In this document: positions 18,174-27,775 of the stretch, in pieces
How positions within the stretch are numbered: position 1 is the first letter of the stretch
How the letters are laid out: the number at the start of each line of letters is the position of its first letter
NCBI GenBank assembly: GCA_030614005.1
Contig: JAUWKS010000008.1
Location: forward strand, 43,380-75,379
DNA length: 32,000 nt
DNA from: Candidatus Heimdallarchaeota archaeon
GTDB taxonomy: Archaea; Asgardarchaeota; Heimdallarchaeia; JABLTI01
Reading direction: 5' to 3'
Notes under the pieces: generated by a model
The model's input: only the letters and a program-made list of their open reading frames with translations
Database searches by the model: none
What the model was told of the DNA's origin: nothing
Made by a program: the position numbers and the translations under genes

Positions 18174-19691
18174 TTATTTTTTTTTCTCGGAAATTTTATC
18201 AGACAAATATTCTCCTGTTTTTAACCCAGAAAATAACGAAGTTCCAACGCCGCCCCCGCTTACATTTGACCCTGCGAATAAGAGATTCTTGATTTGTGAT
18301 TTGAAATCACCAACAATTTGATCATACCTTGTAGCATACCAAGCGCCTTTAGAAGCGAGGTTGTATCTTTCAAATGTTAAGGGTGTTGCCAATTCGCTAA
18401 AGATAATATGTTCTGATAAATTAGGAATAGCTTTTTCAACATTAGCAATTATTTTTTGTGTAACTTCTTTTTTCAGCTGTTTGTAATCTGATTTTCGTTC
18501 TATTTTGTCTTTAGCTTTCCAATTATTATTCCAATCAAATGGCGTAAAAGCTAAAATAATCATACTTTTTTTGTTTCCAACCTCTAAATTCGGATCTATA
18601 TTGGATGGAATTCTCACACCAAGAAACTCATAATCAAAATAGCCTTTCCTTAGTCGATCAATGAGACAATCAAAATCGATTTCTTCGCTAATATTGAAAT
18701 GTGGTGGATACCGTGTTAAATCAATTTTTTCCACCGTTAAAAATAGCAATGCACCAGTTATAGATAGATCTTTTCTCTTAATATTTTTCAAATATGGCTT
18801 ACTAAAATTTTCTTCACCAACATAATCAAAAACAGTTCTTTGGAGATCAGCATTGGAAATCACCCAGGTACTTTTTACAATGGTTCCATCTGACAATTTT
18901 ACTCCTTTAACTGCTCCTTTTGAAATTATGATTTTCTCTACTTTCGATTTATATTGAATTTGCCCACCATTTTTTCGATAGTGATCAGCTAAATTTTCTG
19001 CAAATGCTAACATTCCTCCAACTGGATAATGTATTCCAAATGTATTTGCTTCACTTACAATATTTGCTGCAATTGGTGCTGTTATTTCATTTGATTTTAG
19101 AGCGAGCCAAGTGCAATAAAATTTAAACAAATTCTTTACATTTTCATCAGTTAAAAAACGATCTAACAAATGAGAGAATTTTAACAAGCCATATTTTCTA
19201 AGTTTTGGATATTTAAAAATTATTTCGAGTAATTTACGAAATGATAATTTAGGACTGGTAATTCCTAAAGCGATTATTTCATTATTAATCGCATCACATT
19301 CATTCAAAAATTTCACTACGTTCTCCTTTTCATGTGGATATTTGGTTTCAATTTCAATTAATAGTTTATCTCGAGAAGAATACATTTTCAGAAAATCATT
19401 ATTACGATAATTTGCCTCTATTGGCTCTATCTGTATTACAGGATGATTGAAACCCAATTCGTTCAATATTTTATTCGAACCGCTCTTTTCAAAGTTGAGC
19501 ATTCCTTCTGCTCCAAGATCAAAATAAATACCTTTTCTAGTAAAACCCGAAACATACCCTCCAGGATAGTTATTTTGCTCAATAATTAATGTCTTCAGCT
19601 CAGGATTTTTGGCTTGCAAAAAATTTCCTGCGCCTAAACCACCGATACCCGCACCTATTATAATTACATCAAATTCATTTTCATTTCTCAA
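18174..19691 (-). CDS. Phytoene-desaturase-family FAD-dependent oxidoreductase
   Basis: IIIGAGIGGL dinucleotide-binding motif, EQNNYPGGY, YPVGGM, VISNAD, ATPLTFERY, LLFAG; 505 aa. Confidence 0.9.
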   Translation of the reverse strand: MRNENEFDVIIIGAGIGGLGAGNFLQAKNPELKTLIIEQNNYPGGYVSGFTRKGIYFDLGAEGMLNFEKSGSNKILNELGFNHPVIQIEPIEANYRNNDFLKMYSSRDKLLIEIETKYPHEKENVVKFLNECDAINNEIIALGITSPKLSFRKLLEIIFKYPKLRKYGLLKFSHLLDRFLTDENVKNLFKFYCTWLALKSNEITAPIAANIVSEANTFGIHYPVGGMLAFAENLADHYRKNGGQIQYKSKVEKIIISKGAVKGVKLSDGTIVKSTWVISNADLQRTVFDYVGEENFSKPYLKNIKRKDLSITGALLFLTVEKIDLTRYPPHFNISEEIDFDCLIDRLRKGYFDYEFLGVRIPSNIDPNLEVGNKKSMIILAFTPFDWNNNWKAKDKIERKSDYKQLKKEVTQKIIANVEKAIPNLSEHIIFSELATPLTFERYNLASKGAWYATRYDQIVGDFKSQIKNLLFAGSNVSGGGVGTSLFSGLKTGEYLSDKISEKKK

Positions 19692-19785
19692 GAAAATACC
19701 TCAATGATCTATAAAAATAGATGGAAATAGGAAAGAAAATTGTAAATTACTGCTATAATACTGAGGCAGTACTATTAGTGCACTT

Positions 19786-21621
19786 TTAAATCTTTGTTGC
19801 ATATTCCTCTAAATTTAATGATTGAATGCGTTTATTATTGGGAAAACCAGTTGTTTGATCCCAATCTCTTGCTTTGTAGTACTCTTTCAATTGAATTGTT
19901 AGATTAGGAATATTTCCTTCTGTTCCTCCTTCTTTTAATTTGTACTTCATAACTTTGGGTAAACGATCATTTTCTTTTGTTAAACCTAGCTTTTTATTAA
20001 GAAGTCTCTTCAAATTGGTTATGCGTGTGCCAGCAGTCATTATTTCATCAATAGTTATGTTCCATCCGGTAGCAAGCTCAACTGCTTTGACAATATCTTT
20101 GAAGGGAGGCATAGCAAAGTGGCACATAATCATAGCATTATACACTGCTCTAAAATCTTGAACTTTGACAGCTAATGACCCAGCTTCAATATCATCAAAT
20201 CGATCTTTGCAATCAAGATTTATTTCAGGAACAGAAACTCCTAAACCCATTTTGTATCCATCTCCATTATTGTGGCAAGCACCTCGAGATGAAGTAGCAT
20301 ACACAGCTGCCATTGAAAAGAATGCTCTGGGGTCATGATAAGGTAATTCTAAACCGTTAACTGTATGAGCTTCATCGGGTACACCGTAATGTGTAGCAAC
20401 AACATCAGAACCTTGAGCCATTATTTTTCCAATGCCTTTTCCAGATGCCATTAATTCTAGTAATTTGATTACTGCATCAATATTTCCCCAAACTGCATTA
20501 ATACCGTCTAAATCTTCTTTAGGTATTTTACCCATTTCGTTCAAATGAAACACTAATGCAATTATCTGACTTGCAGATATGGTATCTAATCCATGAACAT
20601 TACACAAATAATTAGCATGAGCAATCCCTTCCAAATTATCAATTAATAAATTAGTACCAAAACCGGCTAATGTTTCATATTCCGGTCCTGCTGTTTGAGG
20701 GATAGCATATTTACCTTCATCTATTTTGACTATTCTTCCGCAACCAATGATACAACTATAGCAATGATATCTTTTAATGAGTATTGTTTCTTTCATACGA
20801 GAACCATCAATAGCTTCTGTATTCTCCATGAATCCCTTGTACCAATATTTTACCGGTACATCTCCCCATTTCATTCCTCCAGAAGTGTATGCCGCAGTAC
20901 CAAACATTGTTCTTGCAACAGAATTTTCTCTAATATTCTTTCTCATTTTTGATATTAATTCTTTAAATTCAATTGGATGAGCTATTCCAACATCTCGAGT
21001 AGATGACCGCAAAGCTATTGCTTTAAGATTTTTAGAACCCATAACTGTCCCTAATCCAGTTCTCCCTGCTGCACGATCACCATCATTCATCAACGAAGCA
21101 ATAGTACTCAGATTTTCTCCTGCTTTACCGATTGTTGCATAACTAGAAATTTTCTCATGTTTCTCTTTGAGGATATCACCAACTTCAAAGGACCCTTTGC
21201 CCCAAAGTTTTGATGCTTCATGAAACTCAATTTGATCATCGAAAATTGTAATATAGGTTTTTTCAGGTGATTTACCTGAAATAATTATTCCATCGTATCC
21301 TAGAAATTTCATATAGGCTCCAAATTTCCCTCCGGAATTTGATTCACCCCAGATATTCGTTGCAGGTGATTTTGCACAAACAACATGTCTTCCACAATTT
21401 GGTGCTTTTGTTCCTACCAGTGGTCCATTGAAAAAACCTAATGGATTCTCTGGTGATAAAGGATCTAATTCTTTTGTTAATCTCTCAAAGAGTATTGCTG
21501 CAGCTAATCCGCTTCCACCTATAAATAAACGATATAATTCTTCTTTCGGTTTCAAAATACTAATTTTTTTCGTTGTTAGATTAATTTCTAATATTTTACC
21601 TGTATTACCATAAAAATTCAT
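19786..21621 (-). CDS. aor: Aldehyde:ferredoxin oxidoreductase family protein (W/Mo-pterin, 4Fe-4S)
   Basis: IGGSGLAA, KSPAT..WGESNSGG, AAGRTGLGTVMGSKNLKAI, CYSCIIGC, GPEYET, GLDTIS, MCHF; substrate unknown. Confidence 0.93.
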   Translation of the reverse strand: MNFYGNTGKILEINLTTKKISILKPKEELYRLFIGGSGLAAAILFERLTKELDPLSPENPLGFFNGPLVGTKAPNCGRHVVCAKSPATNIWGESNSGGKFGAYMKFLGYDGIIISGKSPEKTYITIFDDQIEFHEASKLWGKGSFEVGDILKEKHEKISSYATIGKAGENLSTIASLMNDGDRAAGRTGLGTVMGSKNLKAIALRSSTRDVGIAHPIEFKELISKMRKNIRENSVARTMFGTAAYTSGGMKWGDVPVKYWYKGFMENTEAIDGSRMKETILIKRYHCYSCIIGCGRIVKIDEGKYAIPQTAGPEYETLAGFGTNLLIDNLEGIAHANYLCNVHGLDTISASQIIALVFHLNEMGKIPKEDLDGINAVWGNIDAVIKLLELMASGKGIGKIMAQGSDVVATHYGVPDEAHTVNGLELPYHDPRAFFSMAAVYATSSRGACHNNGDGYKMGLGVSVPEINLDCKDRFDDIEAGSLAVKVQDFRAVYNAMIMCHFAMPPFKDIVKAVELATGWNITIDEIMTAGTRITNLKRLLNKKLGLTKENDRLPKVMKYKLKEGGTEGNIPNLTIQLKEYYKARDWDQTTGFPNNKRIQSLNLEEYATKI

Positions 21622-21790
21622 GTTGTTTTTACCCCAATGTCTAAATTATACTAACAATTTCCAATCTTAAAAGTATCCCGAAAAATTTTCGTCAGAAAAA
21701 ACAGATTGTCTATAAAAAAAAACTCTTAAAGCTTAAATAACTTAACATAGAATAAGAAAAAATGTCTAATAATTACTGGAGAGTTATTAT

Positions 21791-24049
21791 TTGTCTGAAA
21801 TAATAAATGGATTATCACTTAACAATAATGAAGAAAAAATCTATCTTTTACTTCTCTCAATGGGTCAACTTTCGACAGCAGAGATTGCTCAAATGATAGA
21901 AGGAAAAATTACCGAAGTAGAAAATAATATCAATACTCTAATTAGCAAAGATTTGGTTTTTACAAATCCGGGTATTGTTAAAAAATTCTCTGCTGTTTAC
22001 CCTTTGGTTTCTCTTTCAGAAAAAGCAAAAGATACCCTCACCACAATTCAATCTCTAGGTGATGAAATCAATACGTATTCTTTAGAGAAATCCGAAATTT
22101 TGGATAAAATCGTTAATGATCAGAAAGAAACTATCATCAAAATAGCTACTGAAGCGAAAGAAGAAAACCGCCTTTCAACTGATACAGCAACAACAGAAAT
22201 AACTTCAGATATTGAAACATTAATTGATGATATAAGTCAAATCTTAAACACCGAAAGCAGAGCAATTACTGAATTAGCCAGTAGCACTACTTTGAATATT
22301 TCAAAACACTATCAAGAAACTAATGAATCTGTAGGAAATGCAGTAAGCTCATCTGTTAGCGATGTTGTGAATTCTCTAAATGAATCGCAAACAAACATCA
22401 CAAAAGCTTTTGATGATTCATCCGCGAAAGTTGGCACTGCTGCTGATGTTTTGGATAATAGCTTACAAGCTTTACTTGATAATAATTTAAATGAGAACCT
22501 CTCAATTAACAATGAAATACAAGGTAAATTGAACAAAGCTATTGAGGAATATAATAAAGCATCTTTAGATAATGTGAACCTAAGCGGACAAACTATTTCC
22601 GATAATTATGCAAGTGTCATTGATGCTGTTAATACAAGATTAGCAACCCAAGGAAAAGAAACAAATCAGATACTAGGAGAACGCATTCGTAACATTTCAG
22701 ATTCAATGGGTGAAATGAATGATGAATTTGGAAAGCTAATCAAAGACAAGCTGAACGGTGTTCGAAGAGAATATCAACAATTAATTGAAACACTCACTCA
22801 AAATGTTGAAACCTTATTCGCAGATGCTAATGCACAACTTCAAAGTTCGATAACAGCAAAAACAAAAATAAATGAAGATCGATTGAATAATCTTTTCAAA
22901 TTACTAGAAGAGAACTTGGAAAGGAATGCTAGCGATACTCGAATGGAAGTTAAAAACAAAGAAAACAGAGTAAGTACAGAATTAAAAGCTTCTGCTGAGA
23001 TTACAAACAGAAAAATGATTGAAATAAATGAAAAACTGTCAATGGAAATTACTAACAACCTCAATAAATCTCGTACAGATTCTGAAACAACTAAGAATGA
23101 TATAAGTCAAAAAATATCCTTATCTGCAACAGATTTCAAATCCAAATTTCATGAAGCGAGAGATGCTACACAAACTAGCGTAGCAAAAGAATTCCAAAAC
23201 ACAGAGACAACATTTACTTCCATTGGTTCCAAAATCCTCGAAGATATCCGTGCACTAAATAATAACAGCGAAATTCAAACTAAGAATTTCATCAAAGATA
23301 CTGAGATGCGTGCTAATTCTGCTATTGCAAAAATTGAATTGCCCTCAAAAACACTTCTGAACAGAGGAAAACAAGCTGCATTAAAAACAGTACAAACACA
23401 ATCAGCTTTGGTCAACAAAACTATTGATGTAGCTCAAACAGGGTTGGAAGATACAATCATTTCAGAGACTTCTAAAGTAAAGAACCAATTCAAAGGTTAC
23501 GGCGACAAATTCAAAGAAAGCAATAAAACAATCGAACGCCTATTGGCAAACCTTGAATTAACCTATCGAGAATTGATTACTCGAACAAAAGATGTTCAAA
23601 GACCTGCAGTTACAACATCGATTCTTCTCGGAAAAGATGCTGTATTAAATCAAATGGAAGAGATCTTATCACGAGTAAAATCAACTGTTACAGTAGTTTA
23701 TCCAAAAATTAGCGATATTCATGTCGATACGCTGCTAAATAGTAATCCAAGAACTAGAATCATTGTAATCGCTGATTTTGATACATTCAGAAATGCTGAT
23801 TTGATTAAGCAATTGATGTCAAAAGAAAATATTCAATTGAAATCTTTAACAACAAGTACAACTATTAAACCATATTTCGCGATTGGAAGAGATGCCGAAG
23901 AGGGTTTAATAGCTAGTATGGATGATTCAGAACAGGTTATTGGTTTTACTAGCAAATCGCAAGCGTTTGTTGAGTTAATTAGCGCTGAGATAATCAATAC
24001 CATAATAACACCAAAAACAAAAAGAGTAGTTTTACCTGAAACTGAATAA
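21791..24049 (+). CDS. TrmB-like protein: N-terminal wHTH, ~520-aa helical/coiled-coil insert, C-terminal TrmB effector-like domain
   Basis: EEKIYLLLLSMGQLSTAEIAQ...INTLISKDLV...FSAVYP (TrmB wHTH); long amphipathic helical centre; C-terminal GKDAVLNQMEEILSRVKSTVTVVYP...GRDAEEGLIA. Confidence 0.75.
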   Translation: MSEIINGLSLNNNEEKIYLLLLSMGQLSTAEIAQMIEGKITEVENNINTLISKDLVFTNPGIVKKFSAVYPLVSLSEKAKDTLTTIQSLGDEINTYSLEKSEILDKIVNDQKETIIKIATEAKEENRLSTDTATTEITSDIETLIDDISQILNTESRAITELASSTTLNISKHYQETNESVGNAVSSSVSDVVNSLNESQTNITKAFDDSSAKVGTAADVLDNSLQALLDNNLNENLSINNEIQGKLNKAIEEYNKASLDNVNLSGQTISDNYASVIDAVNTRLATQGKETNQILGERIRNISDSMGEMNDEFGKLIKDKLNGVRREYQQLIETLTQNVETLFADANAQLQSSITAKTKINEDRLNNLFKLLEENLERNASDTRMEVKNKENRVSTELKASAEITNRKMIEINEKLSMEITNNLNKSRTDSETTKNDISQKISLSATDFKSKFHEARDATQTSVAKEFQNTETTFTSIGSKILEDIRALNNNSEIQTKNFIKDTEMRANSAIAKIELPSKTLLNRGKQAALKTVQTQSALVNKTIDVAQTGLEDTIISETSKVKNQFKGYGDKFKESNKTIERLLANLELTYRELITRTKDVQRPAVTTSILLGKDAVLNQMEEILSRVKSTVTVVYPKISDIHVDTLLNSNPRTRIIVIADFDTFRNADLIKQLMSKENIQLKSLTTSTTIKPYFAIGRDAEEGLIASMDDSEQVIGFTSKSQAFVELISAEIINTIITPKTKRVVLPETE

Positions 24050-24068
24050 ACATTCTAGATTTTAAAAT

Positions 24069-24093
24069 AACTTGATGTATTTATCATCAAGTT
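24069..24093 (+). terminator. Hairpin AACTTGATG-N7-CATCAAGTT followed by a T-rich tract
   Basis: 9-bp perfect stem 19 nt after the TrmB-like stop, then TCTTTTCTTATTTTTTC. Confidence 0.55.
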
Positions 24094-24125
24094 TCTTTTC
24101 TTATTTTTTCTTTCGTTTCTCAATA

Positions 24126-24189
24126 GACTTTGTTTATTATACTTTGATCTAAGTAAACACTTTAACCAAGTGTTTATTCAAACAAAGTC
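24126..24189. promoter_or_regulatory. Nested inverted repeats upstream of a surface-protein gene
   Basis: GACTTTGTTT (24126-24135) / AAACAAAGTC (24180-24189) enclose TAAACACTT-N5-AAGTGTTTA (24154-24176). Confidence 0.5.
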
Positions 24190-24227
24190 AAGAGTAAGTT
24201 TAATACTCAAATTAACAAACATTATGC

Positions 24228-24893
24228 ATGGGATTAAGAAAAATAGGCTCAAAAGATAAATTTTCCAAATTTTTCGTTATTCTATTATCATCAATAATAA
24301 TACTTAGTTCTTTATTTTCAATAAATAATGTAAAAGCAGATTACAATATTGAGGAAGGGGATACTTTCCAATTCAAAGTAACTACTTTGCACAATTTTTC
24401 TGATTTAAATATGACTTATGTTAATACTGATATTGGTGTCACGTTTGCGAGTGGTTCAGAAATTACGTTAATTGTTTTAACATTTATCGAACTCACTGAA
24501 ACAGCACAAATAAAATGTAGAATGTTAGTGGACGATTATGATCCATACGATACTGCACTTTTAAGCGGTTTTATATTTGTGAATCGCAATTGGGATGAAC
24601 TTCAAGAGGAATGGGCACCTCCAGTATTTGAAACATATGAAACTAAACTAGTTTGGGGAGTAAAGAGCTACGCTGCAGGTGAAATGGAAATTGAATATGT
24701 AAAAAAAGACGGTGTACTCAATAGATTCTACGCTTATGAATACCCCTTAATAACATCTCTCGGCATAAAAGAAATATTGATTGAGAGAACTGATGTCGAT
24801 TTAGCAGGATTCACTTGGTTAGCTATGTTACCCAGTTTTATTCTAGGTGTTTCTCTAATTGTATACCTTCGTTCCAAAAGAAACACAAAATAG
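24228..24893 (+). CDS. Secreted surface protein with C-terminal TM anchor (AGF variant of a PGF-type sorting signal)
   Basis: Signal peptide ending NNVKA; C-terminal LAGFTWLAMLPSFILGVSLIVYLRSKRNTK (motif, TM, basic tail). Confidence 0.75.
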   Translation: MGLRKIGSKDKFSKFFVILLSSIIILSSLFSINNVKADYNIEEGDTFQFKVTTLHNFSDLNMTYVNTDIGVTFASGSEITLIVLTFIELTETAQIKCRMLVDDYDPYDTALLSGFIFVNRNWDELQEEWAPPVFETYETKLVWGVKSYAAGEMEIEYVKKDGVLNRFYAYEYPLITSLGIKEILIERTDVDLAGFTWLAMLPSFILGVSLIVYLRSKRNTK

Positions 24894-24974
24894 ATATAGT
24901 TAAAATTCACTCTTTTGACATAAGCATTTAATATTTTATAGAGATAAAATATTGTCAGCTAATAAGAGGTTTGC

Positions 24975-26012
24975 TTGCCTATGAAAGTAGGAATAAATGG
25001 CACTGGATTAATTACGAGGGCATTGGTAAAGCTTGTTGCTTTAAATGAAGAATTCAATGATATTGAAATAGCTCAAATAAATGGGCGATCAATGACTATT
25101 GACCGATTAAAAGATTTGTTACTCTTTTCTAGCTCACAAGGACATACAAACTTGGATGTTTCCATTAATTATGAAACTAAAGAATTACTTGTTAATGGAA
25201 AAAAAATCAAATATACGGCTGATTCAAAACCAGAAAATATCCAATGGTTACCTGAGATTGAATTATTAATTGAAGCTACAGGAACATTCAGAGATGATAG
25301 AAATGATAGTAAAGATCCATATAGACATTTCAAATCACTAAATAGCAATCTTAAGGGAATTGTACTTACTGCTCCCGGGAAAGGCAGTATTATTGATTAT
25401 ATGTGGATAGCTTCACCTGATTTAGAACAAGAAATAACAGCAGTAACATCTGCAGAAAAACCATTTGTAATTGGAGCAGCTAGTTGCACAACAACAGCCG
25501 CAATACCCATTGTTGACACTCTTGATGACTTATTTGGTATTGAATCTTGTTTTCTAACAACTGTTCATGCTGTTACAAGATCACAAGATATTTTAGATGG
25601 TTCTAAAGGTTGGTGTGCAATGGATACTCAACTTCACACTACAGGTGCTACAAAAGCAACAAATAAAGTTTTGAAGAAAAGCATCCCAATGGATGGTATT
25701 GCATTTAGAACATCAGATAAAGCTGGGAGTTTTATACAAATTGATGCTGTCCTCAGCAAAGAAGTAACGAAAGAAAATCTTCTTGAGGCGTTCAAAAATA
25801 GTAAATACAAAGATCATTTTGACTACTCGACAGTAACAAATCCACCTTCAAGCTATGTTCGAGGAAATAAAGCAATGGTAGTTCTCATACCTGATGAATT
25901 TGTTATTATCAACAAAAAGAGAGTGATAATTAAAGGTCTTTTCGACAATGAAGAAGGGTACACAAATCATTTATTGCAATTAATCAATTTCGTCATCTCA
26001 AAAATGACTTAG
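24975..26012 (+). CDS. gap: Divergent class I (bacterial/eukaryotic-type) glyceraldehyde-3-phosphate dehydrogenase family protein
   Basis: KVGING, LIEATG, AASCTT, TTVHAVT, GIAFR, DNEEGY; TTG start after GAGGT. Confidence 0.85.
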   Translation: MPMKVGINGTGLITRALVKLVALNEEFNDIEIAQINGRSMTIDRLKDLLLFSSSQGHTNLDVSINYETKELLVNGKKIKYTADSKPENIQWLPEIELLIEATGTFRDDRNDSKDPYRHFKSLNSNLKGIVLTAPGKGSIIDYMWIASPDLEQEITAVTSAEKPFVIGAASCTTTAAIPIVDTLDDLFGIESCFLTTVHAVTRSQDILDGSKGWCAMDTQLHTTGATKATNKVLKKSIPMDGIAFRTSDKAGSFIQIDAVLSKEVTKENLLEAFKNSKYKDHFDYSTVTNPPSSYVRGNKAMVVLIPDEFVIINKKRVIIKGLFDNEEGYTNHLLQLINFVISKMT

Positions 26013-26080
26013 AATAAAAACAAAGAAATCAATAGAAAACAATTAGGAATTACCTAAAGTCTATTGATCTTCAACTTTTT

Positions 26081-26248
26081 TTAGATAAAGTAAGCTAGTG
26101 CAAATAAAGCACCAGTAACAAGAAGTCCAGATATCATAGATAAGCTGATAATCAGTATAGCTTTTCTGAAATCTTGTTTTATCATTTCGGGGAAATTAAT
26201 TTCGCCTTCAATAAGCTCTGGTTTTGGGAGTGAAATTTGTTTTGACAT
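26081..26248 (-). CDS. 55-aa single-TM membrane protein
   Basis: GGAGGT 6 nt upstream of ATG 26248 (MSKQISLPKP...AILIISLSMISGLLVTGALFALAYFI). The track's longer 97-aa call overlaps the upstream gene, so the start was revised. Confidence 0.7.
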   Translation of the reverse strand: MSKQISLPKPELIEGEINFPEMIKQDFRKAILIISLSMISGLLVTGALFALAYFI

Positions 26249-26262
26249 TGTTTTACCTCCAT

Positions 26263-26976
26263 TTACTGCATTTGATATTTCTTTGTTAGACCATTCACAG
26301 CACAGAATTTGAAGTAATACTGGTAAATTCCCATGAAAGTCATAATTAACGGTAGTATTAGGGTTAACATCCAAAATGCATTTGCACCTAGAAACATTAT
26401 TGTTAAAGCACCACCTATTACAAAAGGTAGCATTGACATTCCCATAAGTAACCGTTTCATACGTTCAGCAGGTCCGATATTGCATTGACCCGGTTTATAG
26501 CCAATAGATTTGAAGATGAATTTCTGCATCATTGATCTCGATGCTTGTGGATCAAATGGTGTATCATCTTCAACTAATTCTTCGGTCTTCAAATATTCCC
26601 CGAAATCTTTAGCAAGATCATTCATTTGCAGTTGAGATGCATAGAGAAAATCAACATTGTGTTTTTCTATAAGATAATTAAGGTAATTAGAAGCTTTCTT
26701 GAGATTGCTTTGAAGTTTATTTACTACTTCTTGACTCATTTTCTCTTTATCTCCAAATATTAACAAAATATCAGAGACTTCATCTAACGCATAGAGTTTG
26801 TTTTCCAAAACAATATACTTTAATTTATCATCACTCATTTCATTTGCGAATTGTGAGAGAGCAACAAAAAAACCAGACTGCAATATATACCAGTCTTCTG
26901 ATAAGGCTATATCTGGATCTCGATTATAGTAGAATATTGGTAAACTTTCTTTGATAACTAAAATTTCATCTAGCAC
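26263..26976 (-). CDS. Longin-like domain fused to a two-TM DUF2892/YgaP-like membrane domain
   Basis: N-terminal ILVIKESLPIFY...LQSGFFVALSQFANEMSDDKLKYIVLE (longin pattern); C-terminal QCNIGPAERMKR, two TMs, KFCA. Start revised to GTG 26976 because the track's TTG-GAG-GTT contains the GGAGGT SD. Confidence 0.72.
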   Translation of the reverse strand: MLDEILVIKESLPIFYYNRDPDIALSEDWYILQSGFFVALSQFANEMSDDKLKYIVLENKLYALDEVSDILLIFGDKEKMSQEVVNKLQSNLKKASNYLNYLIEKHNVDFLYASQLQMNDLAKDFGEYLKTEELVEDDTPFDPQASRSMMQKFIFKSIGYKPGQCNIGPAERMKRLLMGMSMLPFVIGGALTIMFLGANAFWMLTLILPLIMTFMGIYQYYFKFCAVNGLTKKYQMQ

Positions 26977-27171
26977 AAACCTAACCTCCAAGTTTGGTGT
27001 TTTGTATTGATGTTTTTACTAGTTCTAACAAGGGAGAAGTAAATTAAATAATTACCATATTATAATCTAAACGAAGAAGATTGTTTTATCTAAGAATCTT
27101 ACCCTTTACATCACTTTTATTAATAAAGGTGTAATTCCTAAAGAGCAACTAGCAAATAGAGTAGGTTTTAA

Positions 27172-27753
27172 ATGGAAGATGAAAACGAATATTTGATAGG
27201 TGGAGATGAACTTTTTCACCATCCTCGTTTTATTACTCATTATGAGTTTATGTTAAAATTGTATGAGCCGAATAATAAACCGGTGGCATTTTTTATGAGC
27301 TGCTCAAAACATAAACCATTTTACAAATCGCCTTATCGTCGAGTATTCAATGCAATGATTGATAAAAAACTCAACATTAGAGAAATAAGTACAATATACA
27401 CCATTTCAGAACCAGCAATATTAATTCCTGAGGAATTTGATGATACAAATATAACGAAATACGATTTTCCACCTGCAGCAATGCAAGCAGAGGGAAAAAG
27501 AATATTTATTGAACGCTTAGCCACAGTATTGCCTAAACATCTTTTAGCTCATAAAAAAATATTTTACATCCTTCCAAAACATCACCGCAGCATTTTTGAA
27601 GCAGCTTTAAAGAAAATAAGTGAAGATACTACTCAGAAAAAAATAGTCAAAACTCTTATTGCTTCACGAATTAAATATGCACCTCCACTAACGTACAATC
27701 TCCCCAAAGCAAAAGCTATCATTGCACAAACATTAGATTTACAAATTGAATAG
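27172..27753 (+). CDS. Stand-alone DUF5591 / ArcS-core-like protein
   Basis: FFMSCSKHKPFYKSPY resembles the ArcS PCSxxKPY motif; followed by ISEPAILIPEE..YD; no PUA domain; 193 aa. Confidence 0.75.
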   Translation: MEDENEYLIGGDELFHHPRFITHYEFMLKLYEPNNKPVAFFMSCSKHKPFYKSPYRRVFNAMIDKKLNIREISTIYTISEPAILIPEEFDDTNITKYDFPPAAMQAEGKRIFIERLATVLPKHLLAHKKIFYILPKHHRSIFEAALKKISEDTTQKKIVKTLIASRIKYAPPLTYNLPKAKAIIAQTLDLQIE

Positions 27754-27775
27754 AAATCTAAGGTGTTAATAAAAT

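Noticed and set aside
21990-23600. SMC or chemoreceptor identity for the long helical region
   Set aside because: No Walker A/B or signature motifs, no hinge, no TM helices and no conserved chemoreceptor hairpin tip.
27112-27131. Near-palindrome CACTTTTATTAATAAAGGTG in the divergent promoter of the longin and TGT operons
   Set aside because: One mismatch and an A/T core that is adequately explained by back-to-back TATA-like elements.
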